From NCBI RefSeq assembly GCF_009914755.1, contig NC_060928.1: a stretch of 64,000 nucleotides of DNA; one strand, written 5' to 3'. The notes beneath the pieces were generated by a model. That model did not search any database. It was not told where the DNA came from and worked only from the letters and a program-made list of their open reading frames with translations. Source of the DNA: the human T2T-CHM13v2.0 reference genome, Homo sapiens. Position numbers and translations under genes: made by a program. How positions within the stretch are numbered: the first letter of the stretch is position 1; every line of letters begins with the position of its first letter. Of this stretch, positions 46,830 through 59,870 are shown piece by piece.

Positions 46830-46990
46830 GGAGGAGCCCTAATTTGTTACATTTGTCCATTGTTTCTGTATAAATGCTCCCATTGTGGCTGATTTCAATT
46901 GACCAGCATGATACCCTAAACACAAGATTGCAATGAAATATGCACAATTGCTCTTGGGAGCCATTGTCAGTTGGCTCTAGTGCCCCTCCA
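46830..46990 (-). mobile_element. MER63-like hAT element fragment
   Basis: TAAATGCTCCCATTGTGGCTGATTTCAA and GAGCCATTGTCAGTTGGCTCTAG motifs. Confidence 0.6.
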
Positions 46991-47052
46991 AGGGAACTCA
47001 ATAATCCAAGATATAGCAAAGTTAATTTTGAATATTTTAATTTTAAAATTTG

Positions 47053-47260
47053 TATTTATATTTTTCTGTTCTAATTTTATTTTAGGTTCAAGGGGTATGT
47101 TTGCAAGTTTCTTACATGGAAAAATTGCCTGTCACTAAGGCTTGATGGATAAATAATCTCATCACCAAGATAGTGAGCATAGTACCTAATAGCCTTCCAA
47201 CTCATGCCCCACTCTTACCCTCCTTTCTGAAGCAGTCACCAGTGTCTATTGTTCCCATCT
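47053..47260 (-). repeat. Inverted copy of L1 3' end 46264-46471
   Basis: Manual alignment: 208 bp, about 12 mismatches, no gaps. Confidence 0.92.
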
Positions 47261-47264
47261 CCCT

Positions 47265-47496
47265 TACTAAAGAGTGAGTTCAGACCCTTCTTGCTCTCTG
47301 GCTTTTTCATGCTCTATTGGCCTTTCAGCTTTTGCCATGGGATAATGCACCAAGAAGACCCTTAGAAGATACAGAACTTCTTCAGCCTTGAACTTCTCAG
47401 CCTCCAGAACTTTAATAAATAAATTTCTTTTCTTTATAAATTACCTAGTCTGTTATATCGTTAGTCTGTTACAGCAACACAAAACAGACTAAGACA
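47265..47496 (+). mobile_element. MST/MLT1A-type LTR 3' half
   Basis: CAGCCTCCAGAACT..AAATAAATTTCT..CAGCAACACAAAACAGACTAAGACA. Confidence 0.75.
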
Positions 47497-47595
47497 ATGT
47501 CTTTATCCAGAATTATAAAATGATGAAATTAGTTCACATTTCTTTCTTCTAAATAATAATTTAGACATAAAAATATATATGTAAGGACTAACACT

Positions 47596-48095
47596 TGTGA
47601 TGGTGAATTTTGTTTGTCAAATTAAGTAGATCATGGGTGCTCAGACATTTGGACAAACATTGTTTTGGATGTGTCTGTGAAGGTATTTCTGGATGAGATT
47701 AACACTTAAATCAGTAGACTTAGTAAAGAAGATTGCCTCTCCCAAAATGAGTTGAAGGCCTGATTAGAACAGTAACACTGAGTAATAAAGAATTCCTTCT
47801 GTCTGATTGCCTTTGGGCTGGGAAATTGTGTTTTCCTGCCTTCAAATTTGAGCTAAACCAATGGTTCCTGCTGGGTCTTTAGCCTTACAGCCATTAGATT
47901 GAACTAAATCATCAACTCTCTTGGGATTCCAGCTTTTTGGCTGCAGATCCTGGGAACTGTCAGCCTGTATAATTGCAGTGGCAAACTCATTATTATCTGT
48001 CTATTTATTTATCTATGTATGTATGTATGTATGTATGTATGTATGTATGTATCTATCTATCTATCTATCTATATCTATCCATTCATTCTACTGGC
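47596..48095 (+). mobile_element. MLT2 (ERVL) LTR
   Basis: TGTGATGGTGAATTTT..GATGTGTCTGTGAAGGTATTTCTGGATGAGATTAAC. Confidence 0.82.
47995..48080 (+). repeat. Compound (TATG)n(TATC)n STR
   Basis: Direct read; lies inside MLT2. Confidence 0.95.
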
Positions 48096-48139
48096 TATTG
48101 GCTCTGTTAGTAATATTTATTTTGTTTGAAGGACATTAA

Positions 48140-48590
48140 TCTAAAAGATTAAAATGAAGATGAAATCCAAAGTCCTTACTATGAACTACAAGGTCCTATA
48201 CAATTCATCTCCTATCACTCCATTAGCTCTCTGACTTCATCTCTACTCTTTTTCCTCCTGTTGATTACATTCCAGTCACACTGGCTTCTTTGTTGTTCCT
48301 TGAACATGCCAGACACACTCCAACTGCAGGACCTTTGCACTTCTACCAGATATTCACAGATCAGATATCTGATATTCCACCAGATAACTACAGGAGAAAC
48401 TCTCTTGACTGCTTCTTCAGGTCATTTTTCAAATGTCCTTTCTTTAGTAAGGCCCTTTCTGACCCATCTATTAATTATTCAAATGGACTAACTGAAAGCC
48501 AACTTATTTAAATCTAATACCCCAGCAACACTTTATATCATTTTCACTGCCTTGGGTTTTTTTCTCCTTAGAAATTAGTTGTGTCTAATA
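48140..48590 (+). mobile_element. L2 fragment
   Basis: TCCAGTCACACTGGCTTCTTTGTTGTTCCTTGAACATGCCAG..GGACCTTTGCAC. Confidence 0.75.
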
Positions 48591-48699
48591 TATTAGAATC
48601 ATATATACTTTATAATATAATCATACATATATTCACATATATAATATATAATCATATATATCCTTTATAATATATATGATATATAATCATATATATATC

Positions 48700-49290
48700 C
48701 TTTAGTAGGTAAATGAATTAGTAAACTGTGGTAGATCTAGAAAATAAAATATCATGCAGTGCTCTAAAGAAATGAGCTAATAAGTCATGAAAGAACATAG
48801 AAAAAACTTAAACGCATATTACTGAATGAAAGAAGACAATCTGAAAAGGTTACATACGGTATGATTCTAACTATATGACATTTGGTAAAGTCAAAACTAT
48901 GGAGACAGTAAAAAAGTCTGTGGTTGTCAAGAATTAGAGGGAAGAGAGGAACACATAGGCAGAGCACAGAGAATATTTGGGGTAGTAAAACTATTCTGTA
49001 TGATGCTACAGTGGGGAAGACATGCCATTATACATTTTTCAAAACCCATAGACTCTACAACACTGTACAATACAGAGAATGAACCCTCATGTGAACTATA
49101 GACTCTAGGTGACCCTGTTGTGTCAATTTAGGCTCACTGATTGTAGCAAGTGTAGTACTGTGGGGCACAATGTTTATGCAGGGAGGTTGTGAGTGTGTAG
49201 GGGCAGTGAGTGTATGGAAACTTTCTGTAATTTCTGTTTAATATTTCTGCAAACCTGAAACTCTTCTATTAAATATAATTTAATTATAGA
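48700..49290 (+). mobile_element. L1MC1/2-like 3' end
   Basis: TGAAAGAAGACAATCTGAAAAGGTTACATAC..AAAACTATGGAGACAG..GAACCCTCATGTGAACTAT. Confidence 0.8.
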
Positions 49291-51600
49291 GACCATTGAG
49301 AAGCTATCAACTGAGATATCATTCTAATTTCAAATATACTGTTACAAAGATTGTTCTCTATTTGTTCTTTTCACCTCATTTTCTATTCCAACAAATCAAA
49401 ATTATTTCTAAGCCTCTGGTATAGTCTTTTAGTATATTGATAGTAACATTATAGGTAGAACCATTCAAATCTCTTCAAATTTTCCCATAATTTTTTCACA
49501 ACTCATCTATGTGGTATATAGCTCAGTAATTTAAGCAGAGTAAATATTTATTAAACAACTACTGATTGATTTTATAAGACACTATATACATAACATATTC
49601 ACTGAATTTATTGCTTGAAACTTAATTACAAGTTAATACCCAAGAGTATTCCATGTCTTGTGGTGATCTTGCCTTACAAAGTACACTTTCAAATATTAAA
49701 TTTAAAAATAAATATTTATCTTTATAATCATTTATCTAAAGAGTTCCTTATTGCTTTAAAACAGCCTCTAAGGAGGGTATTTGTTCACATTTTCTAGGTC
49801 TCGTTTGTAAAATTTAGTATCACCGACTCCAAATTTGCGTTACATGATTTTTAAAGATACTGCTTATTATAAAATGATATAATGATACAATAATGGAGCA
49901 TATAATATTCATTTAATTTTAATTAAACAATTGTGAAATAATGATGTAGTTTAAGGACACTGTACCAAAATTCAGAATTTGTAAATTCCAAAGTCAGTTC
50001 TTCCACTTATTAGATGAAAGGTTTTGAGGTACCACTTTCCTTTTCTCTGTTAAAGGTGCTTCCTGTGTGGGTTAAATTAGGTTATTTCTCAGATGTCTCC
50101 CAAGTTTAATACTTAATTATTACAGTTTAAGAGTATCAACATTTCTAAATAGTCACCTGCAAACTGTCAAAATATCAACTGCCCAACACAACAATGTGTA
50201 TTCACTAAGTTTGTACAGTCCCAAAGTTTTATACAAGGCTTTTTTTCTTTTTGTCTTTTACACCTTTCCAGAATTTACAAAGTCAGCCTGCAACAATGTA
50301 AAAACAATACCACAAATGTTTAAAGTGCCTTATAGTTTGCTTGCTTACTTTATTTGCCTTGCTATGGGTCTCATTTTTCAATTACAGATGAAACCTAAGC
50401 CTTCTATTCCTGGTTTACTATCATTATTTGCTAAATGTTACCTTTGAAAATTTTGCTGATTCATTTGGAAACCCTGAGGAAATAAGAATTAGGGAAATAA
50501 AAATATGGTTTATATGAAGATGTTTTCTTTTGTTTTTAAGAACGTTTCATCTTTAAACATCTATAATAATTTTAAATCTATAAACAAAGAGAAATAACTC
50601 CTTGACAGTGAGATAAAATGTTTATAGAAAGTTTTCTGTGTCTAACATGAAATACTTATATAACTGAATGGACGTAAACAGGTCTCTTATTCATGTATTT
50701 CTTATCGAAACTCTATAGTGGGCATCCTTATTGGACATAATGTTACTAGACAATAGACTAAAAAATAAAAGAATGTGGACTCTTGTCATAAATAAGACAT
50801 CATCTAAATGGTTTATGGAGGGATTTAAAAAGTTTAATAACAATACTATGAGATCAAAGAAAAAAATGAATATTAAGTGCTGAATGAGTATTGTCCATAT
50901 TGTATAATTTTAGGCATTATGTGGAAAAAGAAACTTTTCAGATGTCTAGGCCTAGGTCCTTTAGAAAGGAAACCAGGAGGTTTAGATTAAATGACGACCT
51001 TTTATTTGGGAGGCACTGTCCCAGAAAATTAAGGATGATGAAAAAAGTTAAAAAAAAGAACAAGGCATAGAAAGATGAAATGCTATATACTGTGATATGA
51101 AGCATTACTGTACTGGCCCTTTCTTCAAGGCAACCCCTGAAGGGACACAGCAGGTATCTCACAGGCAGATTTATGCAGCACAAGTAACATTGCTAAAAGG
51201 GTCGTGAGGTGTATCCTCCTCAGAGGAGTATACAAGCAAGAGAAAAGATGTGGGATGTATCTCCTATTTCCCAGTGGTCAAGGTACATCAGAAAACAACT
51301 TCCTATAATTCTGGGTTGCATCATGTGGCTCTTCTGAGGCTGCTGCACTCCTAGGAGTGTATTTCATCGAAGTCTGCAAGAAAAGTATGAGCCAACTTGG
51401 ATGGCCTGCCAATCAAAAGAGAGAAAAAGTATGTCATTAAAGAAAGAAGTTTAAGAATACAACAGGTTTGAAAGATCAGATAAAATTTATGGGCTTAAAT
51501 TTGGGCTTTAAAAAGGGGTAGAATTTTGATGATTAAAGAGAAGAAAGAATGATCTTGGTAAGAAAAACACTATAAGTAAAGTCAGAAAGAAAGAAATGTA

Positions 51601-52014
51601 GAGTTGACCCTTCAACAACACAGAGGTTAGGAGCATGGACTCCCCTCACAGTCAAAAAATATGAGAATAAGTTTTGACTTCCCCAAAACTTAACTACTTA
51701 TGCTCTATTGTTTACCAGAAGCCTTATTTATACCATAAATAGTCTATTAACACATATGTTGTATATTATATGCTGTATTCTTACAATGAAGTAAGCTAGA
51801 GAAATGAAATTCTTTAAAGAAAACCATAAAGAAAACAAAATATATTTACTCCGTATTATGTGGAAGTGGATTGTCACTATTTTCAGTTGGGTGGGCTGAG
51901 AAAGAGGAGAAGGAGGGGTTGATCTTGCTGTCCCAGGGGTGGCAGAGGCATAAGGAATATCTGTATATAAGTTGACCTGCATAGTACAAACCTATGTTGT
52001 TTGTGGGTGAGCTG
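51601..52014. mobile_element. Tigger2a/MER28 MITE
   Basis: TIR GAGTTGACCCTTCAACAAC...GTTGTTTGTGGGTGAGCTG flanked by TA. Confidence 0.82.
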
Positions 52015-52289
52015 TACATAGTTGGTTGTAAACAGACAGGCTAGAGTAGGCAGCTTTTGGATAAAAATATAATTAGGTGGAGGATTTGATAGAAATTTAG
52101 GACAGTATTGATTGTTAGGACAAAAACATTTGCTCTTGACTTAGGCCAGGGAGGCATTGCTAATTCCTAAGGAAGCTAGGCATGTGACAAATGTAGGATA
52201 TTTGCAGCATTAATTTGACCTCAATTGGATGTGACCAGGTTGAGGAATGAGAGCATGGTTGCAGAAGAGTAATGAAATGTGATGTTTTT

Positions 52290-52560
52290 AACTACTGTTT
52301 ATTAAATGTACTTACTGTGATAGTGTGTTAAGCACTTAATGATAACATTGTATGTTTTCTCATTTAATCCTATACAATTTAATATGTGAGACAGTTTTGT
52401 TATTATTCTTTCATAAAGGAAATGAAAATTAAACTTAAAAAATTAAGTAACTTGCCCAAGGTCACACAGATAATACTGGTCCCATCATTACAGGGGATCA
52501 GATAATACTAATCCCTTCCTGAATTCAAACCTAGACCTACTATAAGGTTTATATTTTAAC
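52290..52560 (-). mobile_element. MIR
   Basis: CTCATTTAATCCT; TTAAGTAACTTGCCCAAGGTCACACAG. Confidence 0.8.
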
Positions 52561-52849
52561 TCTGACATCAGTGATCTAAAATTTGTTTTATTGCACATCA
52601 CTTTCATTTTGATAAAATGCAAATATGTATTGCATTAGGTTTAGATATGACATTTCCATAGTAATAGAATTTCACTATAGTTCCAAATGCTGAGATCAAT
52701 GTAATTAACCCTCAAAATGAAACTTTCCTATTCTAATGTGAGATAGTAGACTACCTACTCAGAACACTGTGAATCTGTTTTTGTCAGCATTAGCCCATTA
52801 CCCACACCGAGCCTAGGAAGAGAAGACAAGGGGTGAATCTAAAGTTGAA

Positions 52850-53700
52850 TTCTGACAAGCCCTTTATGGAATGCCTTGCCCAGTTTCCTACCCACTCCAC
52901 AGTGGAGAGAAGTGTGGTGTTCCTCTTCACCAAAGACAGAGTAACATGCAGAGATTGATGTGTGTGCTGTGAAATTTCATTAGGAGACAAATACAGAGGT
53001 TGTTTCTATAGTGAGTGTACCCTAGAGTGAGCTGCACTTCCACCTACAGTGGGTCAAATTTATGCTCTCATCTCCATGCATTATCTATGGACACCTGGAT
53101 GAAAGCAAGCATCCTTGAATAGGATGCATAAACACATTTTCCTGACCTGAAGGAAGAGACCTCAGCAGAGAGAGTGTGAAAGTGAACATTGAGTGCAATA
53201 GTGGGCTGGGGGGTTCTAAGTGGACAGCTGGCAAAGGCAGCACCACAGAGAGGACCTCAGCTGGAAGCCCAAAGCACAGGGTCTCTTGGGAACTCAGAGA
53301 AGGAGGAGGCTTTGGCCATCTGTCACCTCTGATTACATGTGGGCCACTCAGGACTTTTTCTGTCCTTCACTGCTGCTCCTTCACATTCTCCAAACCTGAA
53401 GGAGACGGAGTAGCACAAATAGGGTGGAATGAAGGAAAGAGAAGCTGAACCACAATCTGTTCACTGCACTGTCAGTATGCACATTTGAGGCAGCCCCAAG
53501 GTGAAGACTGAGAAATGCTTTAAATTAGAAGAACTCCAATATTAGACTGGAGTAGACCTGAAAATACCCAAACCTCTACCACTCATAAAGATTGTATCCA
53601 AATTACTGAGGAGATAGTAGACTGCATATGGTGTTAGGAAATGAGCAGATGTGAGAAAGAATAAAGCTGCTTTCTGCTAGCACTCCTCAGAAATAAGTGC
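52850..53700 (+). mobile_element. Possible ancient LTR (LTR78/MamGyp-like)
   Basis: Locally higher GC/purine content ending in GAATAAAGCTGCTTT; weak recall only. Confidence 0.3.
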
Positions 53701-54175
53701 TTTTATATGGTAACTAATATGTTTATTTGCTTAAGTTGCAGTTGCTTTTCTAGTGACTTTAATACCTAAAAACATATTATAAAACAAATCATTCACATCT
53801 TCAAAGGATAAAATTAAAATTAATAGAAGTTCTAACACTGTACTCCCAACTTTCAAAGTTAACCTCTTCTAATAATCACTGTATAAGACAATGAGTCTGA
53901 ATTCGGTGGGTGAGTGCAATGAGAGAGAAAGATGTGATTATTCAACACACATGTAAGGAAGAAGTGACAGCTGGTTAGAGAAAATAAATTTGATTAGCAA
54001 TTGGCCAAATCTAGACTAGCAGTAGACTACCACAACATATTATGAGATCTTATCACATGATATTTGATACTTGAATAAATATTAAAAGAAAGCAACATAT
54101 TTTTAAAAATACATAATAGTGAATTTTTAGTAAAGTATGCTAATGGAAAGAAGACAAACATTTTATATTCTAGGG

Positions 54176-56772
54176 CAGATGTCGCCAACCCCCAGGCCAC
54201 AGACCACTATCCTTCTGTGGCCTGTTAGGAACCGGGACACACAGAAGGAGGTGAGCTGTGAGCAAATGAGCAAAGCTTCATCTGTGTTTACAGCCACTCC
54301 CCATTGTTCCCATTACCACCCAAGCTACATCTTCTGTCAGATCAGTGGCGGCATTAGACTCTCATAGGACTGCAGACACTATTATGAACTGTGCATGTGA
54401 GGGATCTAGGTTGCATACTCCTTATGAGAATTCTGCTGCCTGGTGACCTGAGGCAGAACTGAGGAAGTGATGCCAGTGCTGGGGAGCAGCTGCAAATAGA
54501 AGTTAACATTGGCAGAGAGGTTTGACTGCACAGAGACCATAATAAATCAATTGCTGTTAGACTCATACCAAAACCCTATCAGTGAGTGACATGTGACAAT
54601 GAAGCTGCCTCTGGTGCAGGCTTTAAGTCAGAATCAAACACTTACTTTAGTCAGCGCGTGGCCCACCCATTATTTTATTTACCATTTCCTCCTGCACCTC
54701 TTTACTGCACTGCGCACTTGTCTCAGACACAGCTTTGGCAAGCCCACAAGCTACCCATAGCTAAAATGAGTATAAAACAAATGTCATTGGAGAGCTTCTT
54801 TGAAAAAAGGCAAAGACCCAGTGAGGAGACAGCAGAAGACTGTAAGACTGCCAACAACGACAACAAAAAAGCTTCATGTAAAGGAAAATACCAAGAGTTC
54901 TACTTAAATTACAGGTTCATTGCAACAGGTGATTCACATTCTCCAAGCCCACTTTGTATAATATATAGTGACAGGCTATCCAATGAAGCCATGAAATCTT
55001 CAAAACTGCTTTGCCACATGGAGACCAAGCACTCTGCACTTAAACATAAGCCTTTGGAGTTTTTCAGAAGAGAAAAAAACATGGACACAAAGAACAGAAG
55101 CAATTATTGAAGGCCACCACTTCATCCAATGTATCTGCCCGGACAGCATCATTCTTAGCTGCATTGCTAAAGCTAGTAAGTCCTTTACTATTGGTCAAGA
55201 GTTGATCCTGCCTGCTGCTAAGAACATTTGTTGTGGACTTTTAAAAGAATTTCCAATTCAAAAGGTGGCATATGTTCCTCTTTTGGCTAGCACCATAACT
55301 AGACAAATTGATTAAATTAGAGTACTAATTTAGAGAGGACTAAGTCACCATGGTACACCATCCAGGTTGGCAAGTCTACCAATGTTGACAAAAGGCAACA
55401 ATGCTTGTTTTTGTGGGATACATTTTTCAGGAGGATGTGCACGAGGATATATTATGTGTGCTTTATTGCCAACCAACACCACGGATGAAGAACTGTTCAC
55501 ATCTTTGAATGATTACGTATCAGGAAAACTGAACTGGTCATTTTGTATCGGTATATGCATGGATGGAGTGGCTGCCATGACTGGAGGGCTTTCTGGTTTC
55601 ACTACTCAAGTCAAAGAGGTCACTTCTGAATGTGAATCCGCACATTATGTCATCCATAATGAAATGCTGGCTAACTGAAAAATGTCACCTGAACTTAACA
55701 ACGTTTTGCATAAAATTATCAACCACATTAAAGTACATGCCCTTAACTCACATCTGTTCACACAATTCTGTGCAGAGCACACACACTTCTTATACACAGA
55801 AGGGAGATGGCTTTCTAAAGGTAGATCACCAGCCAGAATTTTTGAGTTATGAAAGCCACTTCAGAGATTTCTTTTAGAAAAACAGCACTGGTAGCACATT
55901 TTAGTGACACAGAATAGGCTGCAAAATTTGCTTACTTATGTGACATATTCAACCTGCTCAACAAACTCAATGTGTCACTTCAGGGGAGAATGACAACTGT
56001 GTTCAAGTTGGCAGATAAAGTGGCTGCATGCAAAGCCAAACTGGAATTATGTGGGCAATGAGTGAACATCGGGATTTCTGATATGTCTCAAACTTTAGCA
56101 GAGATTTGGAAAGAGACTGAGCCAGGGTCTTCTTCTTTCTTCCAGCTGGTGCGCGATCACCAATCTCAACTTTCAAAAGAATTTGAGCATTACTTTGCAA
56201 GCACAAAAGACCCCAGAATGGGAAGGAATGGATCCATGACCCAGTTGTGAATAAGCCAGGTGAATCAACTTTGACTCTGCTAGAAGAGGATCAACTGCTG
56301 GAGATCACAAATGATGGTGGCCTTAAAAGTATGTTTAAGACAACTTCAAATCTCTATACTCTCTGGATTAAAGTCAAGGTGGAATATCCTGAGATTGCCA
56401 CAAAACCACTGAAAGGCCTGCTTTCATTTCCAGCATCCTATCTTTGTGAAGAAGGGTTTTCAGCAGTGACAGCAACCAAAACGAAATTACAGAGTAGACT
56501 GGACATAACACACTTCTGGTGACACTATCTCCGATCTCCCCCAGATGGGACCTTCTAGTTGTAGCAAAACAAGCTCAAGGCTCCCACTGATTCTATATTA
56601 TGGTGAGTTGTATAATTATTTCATTATATATTACAATGTAATAATAATAAAGTGCACAATAAATGTAATGTGCTTGAAACATCCCAAAACCATTTCTCAC
56701 CAACCTCTGGTCCTTGGAAAAATTCTCTTCTATGAAACCAGTCCCCGGTGCCAATAAGGTTGGGGACTGCTA
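54176..56772 (+). mobile_element. Near-full-length Charlie3 (MER1-family hAT DNA transposon)
   Basis: MER1A-like ends (CAGATGTCGCCAAC...GTTGGGGACTGCTA); 8-bp flanks TTCTAGGG/CTCTAGGC; internal transposase remnants. Confidence 0.88.
54766..56560 (+). pseudogene. Decayed hAT (Buster/Charlie) transposase
   Basis: BED-finger remnant PLCII..LSNEAMK.SKL..HMETKH; catalytic-region CIGICMDGVAAMTG; dimerisation domain WIKVKVEYPEIA..FPASYLCEEGFS; multiple frameshifts. Confidence 0.88.
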
Positions 56773-57068
56773 CTCTAGGCTATTTTATTTTCAGTTTTCA
56801 GTGATAATTAGTTAAATGCTAGAACCATAGGTAAAAGGATGTGGTCTTTATACATATACCTTAATTCATCTGTGCCACATAATTAGTTTTTAGAGTTCCA
56901 ATTATAGGAAATGTTTTTATTATTTTATATAATTGTTTGAAATATAGGAATTGTTATATTTTGTTTCATTGTGCAGTAGATAACATGTATGAAAGTGCTA
57001 TATTAACTTCTGCCATATCTCCTGTTTTCAATCTCTCATATTTTATAGTAACTTTCCCTAAGTCATAC

Positions 57069-58426
57069 TGAGAGGTGACAACGTGCTAGCAGCCCTGGCT
57101 CGCTCTCTGCGCCTGCTCCCCTCAGCATCCACTCTAGCCATGCTGGAGGAGCCCTTCAGCTCACCACTGCACTGGGGGGGCCCCTCTCTGGGCTGGCTGA
57201 GGCCAGAGCCAGCTCCCTCTGCTTGCGGGGAAGTGTGGAGGGAGAGACAGGGCGGGAACCGGGGCTGCGCGCCAGGCTCGCGGGCCAGCGCGAGTTCCAG
57301 GTGGGCATGGGCTCAGCGGGTCCCGCACTTGGAGCAGCCTACTGGCATCTCCGGCCCGGGGCAGTGAAGGGCTTAGTTCCCAGGCCAGCAGCTGCGGAGG
57401 GTGCGCTGGGTCCCCCAGCACTGTTGGCCCGCCCACGCTGCACTCGAATTCTCACCCGGCCTCAGCCGCCTCTCTGCCGGCGCAGGGCTGGAGACCTGCA
57501 GCCCGCCATGTCTGGCCCGGCCCCCTAAAACCCCCCAAACCCCCGCTTCCCCCGCCTTGGGCTCCCGCACTACTGGCACCTCTCCAACATGCGCTGCCCC
57601 CTGCTCCACGGTGCCCAGTCCCAGCTACCGCCCAACGGCTGAGGAGTGTAGGCCGGCAGCACGGGACTGGCGAGCAGTGTGGCCAGAGGCCCTGGCGGGC
57701 ATGGGATCCACTAGGAGCAGCCAGCTGGGATCCTAAGTTGGGTGGGGACTTGGAGAACTTATATGTCTAGCTAAAGGTTTGTAAATGCACCAATCAGGAC
57801 TTTGTGTCTAGCTCAAGGTTTGTAAACACACCAATCGGCACCCTGTGTCTAGCTCAAGGTTTGTAAACACACCAATCAGTGCTCTGTGTCTAGCTAAACT
57901 AGTGGGGACTTGGAGAACTTTTCTGTCTAGCTAAAGGATTGTAAATTCACCAATCAGCACTCTGTGTCTAGCTAAAGGATTGTAAGTGCATCAATCAGCG
58001 CTCTATGTCTAGCTAATGGGGTGGGGAGTTAGAGAACTTTTGTGTCTAGCTAAAGGATTGTAAATGCACCAATCATCATTCTGTGTCTAGCTAAAAGTTT
58101 GTAAATGCACCAATCAGCACTCTGTCAAAACAGACCAATCAGCTCTCTGTAAAATGGGCCAATCAGCAGGATGTGGGTGGGGCGCGGGGGGGGGGGCGGG
58201 GGTGGGTGGTCAGATAGGGGAATAAAAGCAGCTCCCCAGCCCACATTGCGTGGTGGAGTCACTTTCCACGCTGTGGAAAGTTTGTTCTTTCACTCTTAGT
58301 AGTAAATCCTGTTGCTGCTCACTCTTTGGGTACCTGCTGCGTTTATGAGCTGTAACACTCACCGTGAAGGTCCGTGGCTTCATTCTTGAACTCAACTAGA
58401 CCAAGAACCCACAAATTCCGGACACA
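57069..58426 (+). mobile_element. Solo LTR12 (E/D-like subtype, ERV9)
   Basis: TGAGAGGTGACAACGTGCTAGC...ATTCCGGACACA; 4-bp TSD ATAC/ATGC; ~41-bp CCAAT repeats. Confidence 0.95.
57760..58230 (+). promoter_or_regulatory. LTR12 NF-Y repeat enhancer and core promoter
   Basis: Eight CCAAT (57790, 57831, 57872, 57950, 58069, 58110, 58135, 58159), G-box, AGATAG, AATAAAA at 58221. Confidence 0.7.
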
Positions 58427-58694
58427 ATGCTATTATCACTAAACCATAATTTGTGCATTTTTTCAAGTTACACACACAGACACACATTCACAGCACTTCC
58501 TAGTTACTAAAATGTAATACAGTCTTACAGATGTTTTTTGTATGAATAAATGGATAAGTAAATGTATGAAGAAGGGAAGAAATAAATGTATTTATGTTCA
58601 ACTCTCTCAGTAATGAGTAACCATTTTAATTTGAATTACTTGACTTTCATTCATGTCGTCTGGTTCAATAAGAAAAGCTGAAGAAGATGTGTAA

Positions 58695-59011
<317 letters not shown>

Positions 59012-59619
59012 TTAATGGTCATTCTTTTTGTGGCTCTTTCCTCCATAACTTCTAAACCCAACAACTATCATCTTTTACCCCTTATATTCAATTTTGAGAA
59101 AAATAATTTTAAATACTAGTTCCATGTGCAAATATTCCTCTGCATCTCTCTTTCTGCCCTGGGAGCATTGTGTGAAAGTGGAGAATAGTGAGAATTTGAT
59201 ACAGTGATATTTTTTCAACCATTTTTTTTATTTTTATCCTGGACACATGACTATCTCTATGCTACAACTCTCTTTGAAGAATTCTCACTGTGCCATGTTC
59301 ATTCCTTGTTGTTTCCAGATGTAGTATTACCTAGATTACTCTTCTTTCAGCTGCTGTGAGTGTGTGCATATGAGTGTGTGTGTTCATGGGGATTTCCCTG
59401 GGGAAGGTGTATAAACAAACAAAAGAAGGATGGAAGGACACCTGGGAAGGGAAAGGAATATGTGCTGGTTTACAGTTTCCAGGTATACTGCACTATTCCC
59501 AAAATTTTGCAAATTAGATTTACTCTGTGATTATTTTTTCCCCAGTTTTCAAATATAAAGGATAAGCTTAATAACCCTTCATTGTTTACATTTCTTTTGT
59601 TAATGATACAGGATAGTAA

Positions 59620-59870
59620 TCATAACAACAGTGCGTGTTGCATGTTTCTTATGTGCAAGTCCTGTTCCACGTGCTCTGCAGGCATATTCAGTTCTCACAG
59701 GAAACCTCTGGAGGAACTGGTTTTATTATTCGCACCTTACAGAAAAGAAAATAGAGGCAAGGAGCATTAAGAAATTGCCCAAGTCATTCAAGAAAGTAAG
59801 TAGTGAAGCCAACAAAGAAGCTACAAACTTTTACCAGTGGGACCACGATACTCATGTTCTTAATAGATTT
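59620..59870 (-). mobile_element. MIR
   Basis: TTACAG..GAAAATAGAGGC..TTAAGAAATTGCCCAAG. Confidence 0.55.

Noticed and set aside
57083-57736. Overlapping ORFs resembling those at 5.7-6.5 kb
   Set aside because: The similarity is just LTR12 homology
57760-58130. Regularly spaced repeats superficially like a CRISPR array
   Set aside because: These are tandem LTR12 enhancer units without unique spacers; eukaryotic context and no cas genes
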